NCBI RefSeq assembly: GCF_018350175.1
Contig: NC_058369.1
Span: forward strand, 19,346,001 to 19,410,000
Direction: 5' to 3'
DNA from: Felis catus
Taxonomy: Eukaryota
DNA: 64,000 bases
Below the pieces are notes generated by a model. That model saw only the letters and a program-made list of their open reading frames with translations. It made no database searches and was not told the DNA's origin. Both the position numbers and the translations under genes were made by a program. Shown here in pieces: positions 36,381 to 48,700 of the stretch; within the stretch, counting starts at the first letter, position 1, and every line of letters starts with the position of its first letter.

Positions 36381-38120
36381 AAAACACCATAGGAAGACAA
36401 AGGTACAAAGGCACAACGTCTGGAAAGGTCTTGGCCCTGGGAATAGCAGGAGGTACCTGAGGTGGAGCATGGGGAACATGGGCATGGTGGAAGGGGAGAG
36501 CTTAAGGACTGAGGTCTCTAGGTCCTGGATCCCTAGTCAAGCCTTTCCACTGCCTGTGGTTTGTTTGAAGTTTGAGGTAAGAGGGTCTCCCCAAGAGCAG
36601 GCTCTAGCCACACTGATGTCCCTGAGTGCTCTGGCCTTGGGCTTCCCATTCTCTGGGAACTGAGACAACTGAACCACAATGCCCATGGCCCCACCACTGA
36701 GAGGAGGCTGGAACCCCTTGCATTCGGGTCACTCCTGACCTTATCAAGGCTGTATCTCCTCTCACAGCCTCTCCTCTAAGCCACAGAACAGAGGTATCAG
36801 GGATGGTGCTGAAGGTGGCACAACCTTTGGGGACACTGTTTTCTTTGTGGCCTTTATAAATGATGGCTCCTGGAGGTATGAGACTGAGACCAGAAGTACT
36901 GGGCAGGGATGGTCTCATGTCCCTATTTTACAGAGAGGGATGCTAAGGTTTGGGATGGGACAAGACTGAGTGCTCTATGAGGGCAGGAGCAGGGCCTGTC
37001 CTCCCCCTGCCCACCAGCACCAGCCTGGCACACAGTAGTCCACTAGAGAATGTTGATGACTCAATGGAGGAAAAAAATACAACCAGGAAGAAATGACCTT
37101 TCTGACAAGGGCTGTGTGTCAAGGCCCCAGCAGGGAGGACAACAGAGTCCAGATTTGGGCTGCCTCCAATGTGCTGTAAGTTGCTAAGGCAACTCTGCCT
37201 CCAATGTGCTGTAAGAACTCAGGTACCTCCCTCCCTCTCCTGGGACTTAAGACCCTTAGAGAGTGGGCCTTGGCTCAGAGGACCCATCTCCCTGGTAGTA
37301 GAATTCATAAAACAGCTCCCCTCCATGTTCCCAAAGCTAAGGCCCTAGCAGGTTTCCTGGACTTGGGAATGCTGGTTGCCTGTGTTGCAAGGCTCCTGAC
37401 CTGGCCCTGCTCCTTCCCTGACTCTTGCCTGCATAAATCACCTTGTGCAGCTTGGAGAAACTCGTAACAAATGTCTGATTGTCCCTGATTAGATGAGCCA
37501 ATGAACTTCCGTCCTGTGTTGCTCAGATTCCTCTTTGCAAGTCCCAAATTAAAATTCCAGACCAGAGCAAGAGGATTTAAATTGGATTACTGGATGGGGT
37601 CCAGGGAGAGAGGAACAATGGACGGGGGGGCAAGGGGTCCAGGCCCCCACATCCCTGCCTCCACATGTACCCAGGCTGCAAACAAATGTGAGAAAGGAAA
37701 GAAGGGCCAGAACTTGATTAAAAACAAATTTAAAACACAATTAAGACCAAAGCTCATCCTGAACAATTAGGACCAAGGCAGGGGAAGGATGGTTGTCCTC
37801 TGCATCCTCTGGGGATATGGACAGAAGCATCTTGTGGGCCTAGAGCCAGAGGCACTGCAGCAGGGGGGTTCATGGCCCAGCAGAGTGCTGGGAAGGTAAG
37901 GGTGGTGGGCTCTGTGCACACCTTGGAATCATGTGGGAGTCAAGGGCATGGCTTAGCATCAGAGTGACCTGGGTTCACATCCTGGCCTGATGCATGGCAT
38001 GTCTGAGTCTCTGTCCCCTCTGTGAAGTGGGCCTCCCTCATGGGGTTGCAGTGAGAGTAACCTGTGACAGACAAGACATGGTGAGTGCCCAAACAGTGAA
38101 TGCCCTTTTCCATCATTCTT

Positions 38121-38129
38121 TTTTCTTTT

Positions 38130-38164
<35 letters not shown>

Positions 38165-38269
38165 AGCGAGAGAAACAGCACATGTGAGAGCAGGGGAGAG
38201 GGGCAGAGGGAGAGAGAGAGGGAGAGAAAGGGGGGGGGAGAGAGAGAGGGAGAGGGAGAGGGAGAGGGA

Positions 38270-38307
<38 letters not shown>

Positions 38308-38434
38308 CCCAAGCAGCAGGATCCACGCTCAGAGTGGAGCCTGATGTGGGGCTCGATTTCAGGACCCTGGGATCATGACCTGAGCCAAAATCAAGAGTTG
38401 GATGCTCAACCAACTGAGCCCTTCAGGCTCTCCC
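38121..38434 (-). mobile_element. Can-SINE with expanded (CT)n/(CCCTCT)n tract
   Basis: SINEC head in reverse complement; TSD ccatcattctt at 38110-38120 and 38435-38445. Confidence 0.92.
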
Positions 38435-38463
38435 CCATCATTCTTCTATTGAAAATAATTTGT

Positions 38464-38577
38464 GGCATGTCAGGCTGGCTCAGTTGGAAGGGCATGCAAC
38501 TCTTGATGTTGGAGTTGTGAGTTTGAGCCCCACACTGGGTGTAGAGATTACTTAAATAAATTTTAAAAAAATAAAAA
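38464..38577 (+). mobile_element. Short tRNA-derived Can-SINE variant
   Basis: ggctggctcagttgg (A box) and gagtttgagccc (B box), then an A-rich tail; perfect TSD gaaaataatttgt at 38451-38463 and 38578-38590. Confidence 0.88.
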
Positions 38578-39623
38578 GAAAATAATTTGTATTTGACACC
38601 AACTATGTACCAGGCCATGGGCTAGGCTGCAGATGCAGTGGGAAGGAGAGAGACCTCTGCCCTGCCTTGAGGGGCAGGGTCCAGCATGTGGGTGGGGTAT
38701 AGAGACAGTTGGGATCAGGACCCAGACCTTGGGCTCTACCCTCCCTGCCAAGCTATCAAGGTTGATAGTTTGTCTAGAATTGGGGAGAAGAACTTGGGGA
38801 GGGACCTCAGACTTGCAGTGTCCGGGGAGGATGGGCAGGGGGCTGGGCCCTGGGCTCCATCTGTGGAGGGCAGGTCAGGCATCTGTCATTGCCACCACTC
38901 AGCACCTCTCATTGAGGGAACTGGTCCTAAAGCCAAGGTGGGCAGCGGGCCTAAAGGATGCCTCTTCCCAATTTATCAGAAAGTTTCAACACAAGTTCAG
39001 GGCTGGTTGCCCGCTCTTTGTAAAATGGAGGAAAGTAAGGAAGTAGTAGGCAAATGAGGAGTCTGGAATGAATGGAAGAGAGAGAGAAAGGCAAGAAAGG
39101 AGGGGACAGGATCCAGGTCAGTCCCAGTTCTAAGAAAAGCAAGGAGGGGACATGATATGCTGGATGGATAGGGCAGCAGAATGTTTCTCACAGTCAGGGG
39201 AGACACTCTTGCCCTACCCTGGGACTGCTGTCCCAGTTGAAGGCTGGGCTTTGCCTCCTCCCCGGGGCAGTTCATTTCTCCAATTGTCTCCCCACCTGTG
39301 ACCAGGAGTTCCTGAAGGTCAGGCTGGACTGGGGCTGGGCTCACTCTGGGTCGTCTGGATCCACCCTGGGTTGGGAGGCCTTCAGGCTCCACTTCCTCTG
39401 GGACTCTGGTCCCAGCATGCCAGCCTCTCCCTATTCTATGATTCCAGGTCACACAGGATGGGCAGGGGACCCCAGGGGGATGGCAGGGCCCAGCTCCTGG
39501 GGAAGAGAGTTCTCTCCTTGGGGCCTGGATGTGGTGGGGGCTTGAGCTAGGTCACTGACCTGATTTAACCCTGCCAGGCCCCTGGTCTGAGCTTGGGTAT
39601 GGCTTGTATGGATTTGCTCATCC

Positions 39624-40020
39624 TTTTAAAAAAAAATAGTTTTACTGAGATACAATTCACATACTACAGAATTTACCCACATAAAGTATATAATTCAGTG
39701 TTGGTTTTTTTTTTTTTTTTTTTTTAGCACATTCAGAGTTGTACAACCATCACCACAATCTAATTTTAGAGTATTTTCATCACCCCAAAAAGAAACCCTG
39801 TACCCATTAGCAGTCCCTCCTTATTCCCCCTCCCTTCCAGCCCTAGGCAACCACTAATGTACTTTCCATTTCTGCGGATTTGCCTATTCTGGATATTTCA
39901 CAGAAATGGGATCACACAATAGGTGGTCTTTTGTGGCAAGCTTCTTTCACTTAGCAGAATGTTTTCAAGTTCATCCATGTTGTCATGTGCATCATCAGTA
40001 CTCCATTCCTTTTTATTGGA
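39624..40020 (-). mobile_element. L1 3'-end fragment (old L1M-type)
   Basis: Typical antisense L1 3'UTR text: tttactgagatacaattcacatac...ttgtacaaccatcaccacaatc...ggcaaccactaatgtactttcc...cttctttcacttagc. Confidence 0.88.
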
Positions 40021-40521
40021 CTCCTCTTTTTGACACAGGCTGAGGCTGGGGCAGTGGCAGCTGTGCCTCTGATCTGCGGGCAGCTTAGACACTCTCCCTC
40101 ATTTACTGCACAACCTTGTAGCTCTAGAAGGCCCTCCCCACCTGCACTCCCTTGGGGTGGGTGGAGTTCGACAGGCCTGCTGGCTTTGTACAAGTGGTCA
40201 GTGCAGCTGAGTAGGGTCTGTCAACTCCCAGAATGGCAGCACCTTGGAGCTGACAGGCAAAACCTCTCTAAGATTAGAGGGGGAGAGTGAGGCTCAGAGG
40301 GAGGCAGAGAAACATTCAAGGTCATGGGCAGAGCAGGGGCTCCAATCCCTAGCATTACATGGCTCCCACATCCTCTGTGGGGCATTTGGGGCCATTCCAC
40401 ATCCCCCCCCCCCCATCAGAGCTGCAGCCTACCCTCCCAGACATCAGCAGATGCTCACCCAGGGCACGCTCATAGAACAGAGGAATCTGAGAACTCCAAG
40501 CCTGCCTGGGCCCCATCTTCA

Positions 40522-40857
<336 letters not shown>

Positions 40858-42688
40858 CTAGAAGGAAGCAGGAGCCAGGGGTGAGGCCAGGGTGGTCCCA
40901 CATTTCCATGTCACAGCCCCTTCATATCCCCCCTGCACAGTATGATCCAGCCCTTGGCCCTGCCCCAACTCTGGCTCTGGCCATTCGGAGAGCATGGACG
41001 TCTGAGGGTTGGGCCCACTGCCCTCCTGAACTTGAAGAAAGGCTACTACGGTCATGGGTTTCACAGCTTGCCCTGGTTGTGGCTGGTGGGATGGGGTTGT
41101 CACTGCCTTCTCTGGGACTCAGGGTTCCTCCTCCAGGAGCCATGAGCAACAACCGCGTGACTAGTTCAGAGTGGCTGAGAGCAGCAGAGGCGGAAGGGTG
41201 GGTTCAATAGGAGGCAGGGTGTGTGTGTTGGGGGGGGAGAGGGGGAGATGGGACCAATAAGCACACATGGCATACCACATGCCTGCTGACGTGAGGACAC
41301 TGTCACACTCACTACACCACATATGTATCACATATAGCCACCCCTATACCCTTTTTTGCTGGTGTTGCCCCAGGGCATTTACAGAAACTGCAGTGGGGAC
41401 TCTAGGCACCCCTAGGGGTTTCTCTCTCATTCAGCGCACAGAATATGGGGGCAGGGACCAGGGAAAAGGAGGCATGTGGGGAGGATAAATCTGCCCCTCT
41501 CTCCTTGAGAACTGGGTCTGTGCACACACTCACGTGGGGGTATAAAGCTGACAGTCTGCATCTGCATGCGTGAGTGTGTGTGTTATGGCTCAACACACAT
41601 CCATCTGTGTGCATGTGCCTGCATGTTGGGGGTAGGATGGGGTTAGGGCCTCTAGATGAAGCCTGGGGCTTATATGTGAGTCACAGAAGTGAATTCAGCC
41701 GGCCTCTTTGTTCCAGGCTGGGGTCTTGGGTGTCTGCACATGCATGGATGTGTGCATGTGCGTACGTGTGTGTGCATTGTACACTCACGTGTGTCCATCC
41801 AAATGACCCCAAGAGGTCTGCTCCCAAAGCTGACTCCTTCACAGAGGTCATATGCCACTACTGAACTGCTGCCATCGGGCCACGCCATTGGGCAGTGCAG
41901 AACCAAGAGGAATGCAGAGAGAGAAGAGGTGATGAGGAGGAGATAAGGAGGTGGGAGAGGCAGCTGATGAGAGACAGACAGGCAGGCAAGATAAGGTCGG
42001 AGAGTGACAGCCAGACGAGGGGGAGATAAGGCCTCCAGCAGTTGATGGGGGAGGAGGTGGGGGATCAGGCGCCAGAGCCCCTGCCCTGCCGCCCACTCAG
42101 CACCCAGCAGTCCAAGGGTTAAAGTGCCACACAAAGCCGGCTCAGGCAGTCTCCTCCTCCTGCCGCCCCCCATCCCTCCCAGCTTCTCTTTTCTTTTTGT
42201 CCTTCTCTTAGAACAAAATAATTTGTGGCAAATTCGCTCCTTCCCACAGAGCAGTGCCGATTAGAGGGCGAGGCATGAGGCCTGGACGCAGGGCCAGGGA
42301 GGACGGAGGCCCCAAGTGGCATCAGGCCAGGCTGTTCCCTGGGTTCCCTGGGCTGGGCCCCAGGGCAGAGGCCCCCAGACAGAAGATGGTGGAGACAGAG
42401 ATCAAGGAGGGGTCTGAGTCTGGGGTCACTGGGAAATGTGGAGAGCCTGGAGTGCAGTGCCCACTGTTGGGGGGAATTGAGGCTCAGAAACAAGAAAGGA
42501 CAGGTCAAGTCCACACGACTCTGAGTGGCAAAGCCAGGTCCTCCTGGACCTCTCCTTCCCAGGTTTCAGGGCTTTAAAAATACACCCTTTCCCAAGCATG
42601 AGCTGCTGGCCTGGAGCCGGGACACCCTGGGCTTGTTGAGGCCAGCTATACTTTCTAAAGCCTCGGCCGAGTGCACCCTGGCCCACTT

Positions 42689-42707
42689 GTGCCAGCAGGG
42701 GGCGCAG
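42689..42707 (+). promoter_or_regulatory. Candidate CTCF site
   Basis: CCAGCAGGGGGCGC at 42692-42705 is a perfect match to the core CCASYAGRKGGCRS, with the CpG retained. Confidence 0.6.
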
Positions 42708-45700
42708 CTGCCTGGCTTCTCTGGGTAAGGGATGAGGTTCGGACACCTGACTCTCCTGTCAAGGTCATTCCCAGGTGTCCCAAACCAGGGCTGTCCATAG
42801 CCGTGGCAGTCCTGGATCAGAGGCTGGACCAAGCAGCCACCTGACAACTCTCCTCTGGGAGCCCCGGAGTTCCTCCCCACAGGATCCAGGGTAGCCCTTG
42901 CAGCGTCGCATGGTGGCTAAGACAGGGCTCAGGAGCCATAGAGGGAGTGGGTCTCCAGGTGGCAGGGTCACACCCCAGGGCCCTGAAAGGTGGCATAAGG
43001 GCTTGAAAGCAGGAACCCTGCTAAGAGTCACCTCACGTCTGAACCTTGGTGTCCGATTTATTAAGCAAGAGAACAGCAGTCCCCTCTCTGCAGGCTGATG
43101 GAGGACTGTAAAGAACCTACACTATTGTCGCTGCTGCTATTGTTGAGGATCACCAGAATTCTGCATAAGGAATCAGTCCCTCCCTGCCTCCACTCTCTCT
43201 GCTATATCTGTACACTAAGGATCTGAAGCCATTGGCTCCCATTCCTGGGCAGACAGCCGTGGTCTCCTGGGGTTGGCTCGCCCCCAGCCCCACCCTCTTC
43301 CCAGGCCTTCCTGGGAAGCCCCTCTCCAGCCATACTGTTCTTGTCTCCAACACCTCAGCCTGGGCCCGAGAGGTGACAACAGGGGAGCCTAGACACAGAG
43401 ACGCCACTGATACAGCACAGCCAAAGCCAGCTCCCTTCCAGCTCTCCCCAGGCACTGGGCCTGTGTGTAATGGACCCTTGGCAAATGCATATGCCCAATT
43501 CCCTGCTCAAGAGCAGAGCTCTGCGACCAGCTAGACCTCAGTCTGACTCATATTCCTGCTTGCAGCTGTGCTACCCCTTGGAACCTGGTGCTTCATCTGC
43601 CACACTTTCTTCCTGTCCCAAGGACCCTCTATGACATCTTTCTGCTGGCCCCCGGTGTCAGCATTGGTGGCCTCTCCAGCCCATTGACCTGGTGTGTCCC
43701 TGCAGGCTTCTGGGTCCCCAGCCTATGCTGATGCCCACTACCACACCTTTGCTCATGCTGTCCCTGTTTCCCGTCTGCCTTCCCTGCCTTTCTAAATCCT
43801 CTCTAGAGCAAGGGTGGTAAAATGGGCTAGGAGTTTCCGGAGAGATGAGGGCTGAATCCTAGAGCTTCAGGGCCTGGTCAAACTACCAGCCAAGCCTGTG
43901 CCCCAATCCCAAAAGAGCCCCTGAGACATAGTAGCCCTTGTTCCTTCTATCTCGAGTGCTTCATCCCTCTAAACATTCCCCTGAACCTGTTCCAGGTGCC
44001 CCTGGCTCCTGGGGGTGGGACCTGAGCTGAGCCCTGTGTCCCAGGGAGATCTGAGTGACACCGTTCAGCAGATGGTCCCACCCTGGGAGATAGGGCATCT
44101 CTCCATTGATGCTGTCTGAGGAGATGCTTTCTACCTACAGGCCTAGCAGGAAGCCTGGGAGACCCCAGGGCAGAAAGTATGCCAGGGCTGGCTCCCCTTG
44201 AGCCCCAGCCTCTAGCCCTGGTCCCTGGGGTCAACTTAGAAGCAACAGACAGGCCAGGGTGCACCGGGTGCAGGGCCTCAACAACCACAGCAGGACCGCA
44301 CGCCAGCTGGTGTCCTTGGCCCAGCAAGCTAATTGGAAAAACCCAACAGCTCCCACAGCAGCACAGCCTCCAAGGCCCCGACTTCTGCACAGGCGGCTGG
44401 ACTGAGGAAAGATTTGGGGGCTCACAGGTCTACAGGTTGTTGCAGCTCGGCACCAGCCATGATGGGGGAGGAAGAGGCAGGGGCTCTATCCCACAGAGAT
44501 GATGAACGGTAGTGGGTCAGGGCAGCAGACTGGCAGACAGGCTGGCTGGGGCCAGGTGAGCATATGGAGGTGGGGTGGGGGGGGTACAGGGCTGGGAGCA
44601 GGGGTAGCTAAGACCCCAAGGGATGACAATTCAGAGGCAGCTTGCAGCCCTTTGTTCACAGGAGTCCCTGGCTCCCCTCAGATACCTATGGCTTCCTCCC
44701 CTGAGGGCACCTCCCCCACTCAGTTATGGAGACCTGTCCCTCTATCTCTCCCCTCATCTCTTCACCTCCCTCCCTGTGTGTCCCAGTACTGGCCTCAACC
44801 CCAACCCTCTCTCAGCTCTAGTGATTCTTTAGTTAAGTGGTATATCTGGCCAGCCTTTCGGCCTAGGATTTTAAGGGCTTGTGGAGGCCAAGGTCAGGGG
44901 CCCCAGAACCTCTGCTCAGCCCCCCTGCTTCCCCGGGGGGCCTCCACATAAAGAGGAGCCTAGAGGACACCTGTAGATACGACGACCTTGGGCAGGAAGC
45001 CTGGATGCACACAGGGGCAGACAGAGCCACCCTCGTCCCCACAGCTCCCAACAGTCCTGACTCAGAGTGGGGTCAAGTTCTGAGGTACCTGGAAACAGAG
45101 ACAGCCATCACAGGAGACAAGAGACCCCAGGACTGGAGACCTGGACGCCCCCAGTCATACTGGAAAGGCTCTTTGCAAAGTCCCAGAACCGGCGGCAGTG
45201 GGGCCTGGCCCTGAGCCAGCACCTAACCTGCCCAGAGACAGTAGGAAGGTGGGGAGAAAGGAGAGTAAAAGGAAGGCGAGGAGGGGAAGGAGAGGGGGGC
45301 AAAGGGGAAAGAGGGACAATGGAGGCCCCGGGAACGATGCTGTTCACTGAGTGCTGGCTCTGGCCACCCTGGGGCAGATGTTTTCACACCTGGCCTCACT
45401 GATCTTGGACAACCCGAGGAGGTACACTTCTGATCATGTCCATGTAGCAGACAGGGCACTGAGGGTCAGAGAGCTTAAGTTATACAGTAGAGATCAGATT
45501 CAAACCAGATCTGTCTGACCCAAAACCCTTGCTTCAAGTCACAATCTGTGCACTTCGGTTCCCTGCACTTATTCCCGTACTTGAAGGTGAGGCACAAGGT
45601 GAGGGAACCAGGGTCACACTGAAGGCCTCCATTCTGGAGAGAAGGAGGGGCGGACTGGCAGAACCAGCCTGATGGACTATATAACCAACCAACACTGGGA

Positions 45701-48700
45701 GTAAAACCAGGTGCGTGTGAGGCTCCTCTCTGCAGCGAAGGTGAACGGGCCCTAATCTCTGGAAAATTAAATCAGAAAGAAAATGGAACAAGAAAGATTT
45801 GACACAGGCTGGGCCCTGCTGCTGGCTGTCTCCTCACAGGCCCAGGCTCAGTTGGGTGTTCAGCTACCCGGGTGCTCCAGCATCCTGGCTCCCTCCCACC
45901 ACTCAGGTTACTGGGCAGGGCATGGGCAGGGCACAGGGAGTAGGGCCCCACAATATGACCTCCGAGGGGATTTCCTATTCTCTAACCCCGTCCAGTCATG
46001 TCTCAGTATCCAGTCCCCAGTCTTGAAAGGAGCAGCTGGTGAGGGTCCTAACCACCTAGCCCTCATGCCAACAGGCCCCTGCACGGAGAACAGCAAGGGG
46101 ACCACAGATGGTGGGCTGGGCCCCCCGAGGCCAGCCCACAGGGGCAAGCACTGGAAAGGCCACAGGGTCACAGGGATTGGAATGGGTCACACTTGTGCCA
46201 GGATCAGGAGAGCCTTGGGTCGGAGGACGGGGAGCTCCTGGTGGCTTAGGGACCCTGAGCTGGGCCACGAGGTGGGGGAAACTGGTAGTGATTAGCTCAG
46301 GGACCCCGGCCAGTCAGGGCAAAGCTGGATCTCAGGCCTCCAACCTCACTCCCGCCAGACTGTTGCCCATCTCCTGCCTTTGCAGGAAAAATTGAGGGTA
46401 TTGACATGGCTGCTAATCACCCTTGAAGGCCATAGGATCAATGGAGTAGCCAGGTACCTGTGGTCCCCTCCCACTGAGAGCACTCAGGACTTAGGAGAGA
46501 TCGAGGACAGATCCAGGACAGGTGGCAGCTCCTGGGCTCTCCCTTTACCCAAACCCTGAGCGCCACAGCTCAGGTCCTGATGGGACAAGGGGGGCTGCCC
46601 CATAGTGGGTGCATAAAAACCCTAACCCAGCTGCTCTGGAGACAGTCCAGGCCCTGGACTATGTGTGTGGCTGACAGCTCTCTGCAGCCAGGGTGTAGCC
46701 CCTCCCTGGCCTACCTAGTGCGGGACTTACGGTAAAAGCAAGGGCAAGGGACCCTCAGAGCACACAGCTGGTGCACAGGCAGGGGACTATGTGCCACTTG
46801 GTCACATGTTCATCAGCTGCTGACATTCACCGGCTGCCACAGTAGTTCTCATGTGGCCATGCCACACTGCCACCATCCTGTGGTGGGTTGGTTCCATAGT
46901 TAGCCATATATGGTGTCATGTCACAAGCAGGGTTTGTACATGATCATGCTGGTTGCCACATTACCAACCTTCATACTGAATAGGGATTTCCTGGAATGAA
47001 CCGTCTGTTTAGAGGAAGTCATGGACACCACCCAGGCCATTACAATGTGGTCCTATGGGGGCTGCAATGGAGAACATGAAGGCAGTGTGGGAGCAGAGAG
47101 GAGGGCTCCTGGCCTGGCTTTGAGGAGGAGGTCAGGATGTGGCCCTCCTGGGTGGCCCATTATTTGCTCCATTTACTCCCCACCCCACCCCCATGTCCTT
47201 ACATTTCCACTGGGGCACGCCACATTCACGCCACCGGTTCTAGGGCCCTCTTGAGCTTGGGGCAGCAGAGATGGACCAGATCTTGTCCTTGCCTTCCTAG
47301 GACTCACCATCCAGAGGGGACAGGTGTCCCTTTGGACTGCCAAGGACAGAGGGGTGGCAGCAGGAAGAGGTATGCAAGAGACACTGGGAATGGGGCTCAC
47401 CTGCTTGAGTACAGCCAGCTGGGGGGGGGGGGAAGATTGGGATGGCTTTACAGGGGAGAGTCTGAAAGGCTGGGTGGAGTCTGCCAGACTCAGGGGTGGC
47501 CAGGGAATAGTGAACCGGGCAGGAGTAATGGCAGGTGCAGAGGCTGGGAGGAGGGAACATCAGTGGACTGTTCAGTAGCAGGAGCACAGGGGCTTGTGGA
47601 GGGCAGAAGGGAGGCTGGGGGACAGACTGTGAGCAGACAGGGAGGTTACATAAGCCAGGCAGCTCAGGAGAGGGAGCTGGGGCCTAGATCACAAGGTAAG
47701 AAGGCCTTGGTGGCTCAGTGGACCCTGGGCCCCCAAGAGGCAGCCAGTAGGAGCTCTCACCAGCAGATTTCCCTTGGAAAAACTCATAGGGGCACAAAGC
47801 CCCCGCCACCACCCCCAGCAACGCCTCCCTGTTTTTAAAGTTAAAGTTTCGTTGACTGTCATCCATTACCGCAATTAGTACATTATGTCTAATTATGCAA
47901 TTAGTGTAAAAAGTGCACTTGCTGCTGAGAATGGGAAATTACGCTGCCTCGTTACGCTGTAAAATCCATGTCATAAAAAGGCTCAATCTCTTGTTTTTCA
48001 AAAGACACAAAACCCAACACAAAACAATAAACCAAATCCTCCCAACTGAGCTAGGGCCAGTCTGTGCAGCCCTCCCTGCACTTGTCTCCATGTAGACCCC
48101 CACCTCTGCGAGGCCTGCCCCGCACACACCCCAGGGCAAGACATGGCCAGCCACAAACACAAGCTGTTTGCGTGACCATTCCTGGGTGTGGCCCATCTTT
48201 GCTCCTCTGAAAGAGATGTGAATTTCTAAGCTGACTTTAAAACCGTGGTAATCCTGATTATCCAACCATTATTCCAGACTTGACTTGGAACAAGGCCTCT
48301 AGTGTTAAGGCCTATGTATTTCAGGTGAGAGCAGTCCCGGGTAGGGGGGCGGGCATGGCTCCACCCGGCTCCAAGCAGAAGTCCTTTCTCCAAAGTTCCT
48401 GAGGGCACAACTCTGAGGTCCCTAATGGCACCTGGGAGGAGAGGGTCATATTCCAGCTCAGGGAAAACTGGAGGAACTTTCTCACACTCAAGGCTCCCAA
48501 ACCCTGGGAACATTGCCTGGATAGATAGGGAGCTCCCTGTCACAGGAAGCATGCAAGTCCAGCCATCAGGGGTGCTGAGCAGGAATTCACTCATGGTCAC
48601 CCTGCACAGCGGGCTGGACTCTAGGCTGTTATCGTCAGACAGCAGCATCCCCATGGCTGTGTGCCTACCTGAAGTTTGCAGTCTGACCTTTCTCCCTAGG

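Noticed and set aside
36800..36815. REST left half-site (TTCAGCACCAT on the minus strand)
   Set aside because: No GGACAG right half at canonical spacing.
38464..38545. tRNA-like sequence
   Set aside because: Has an A-tail and a TSD with a degenerate acceptor stem; it is a tRNA-derived SINE, not a tRNA gene.
45080..45105. AG|GT recursive-splice-like site on the gene strand (ctgtttccag|gtacct)
   Set aside because: The regenerated donor GTACCT is weak and the pyrimidine tract is short.
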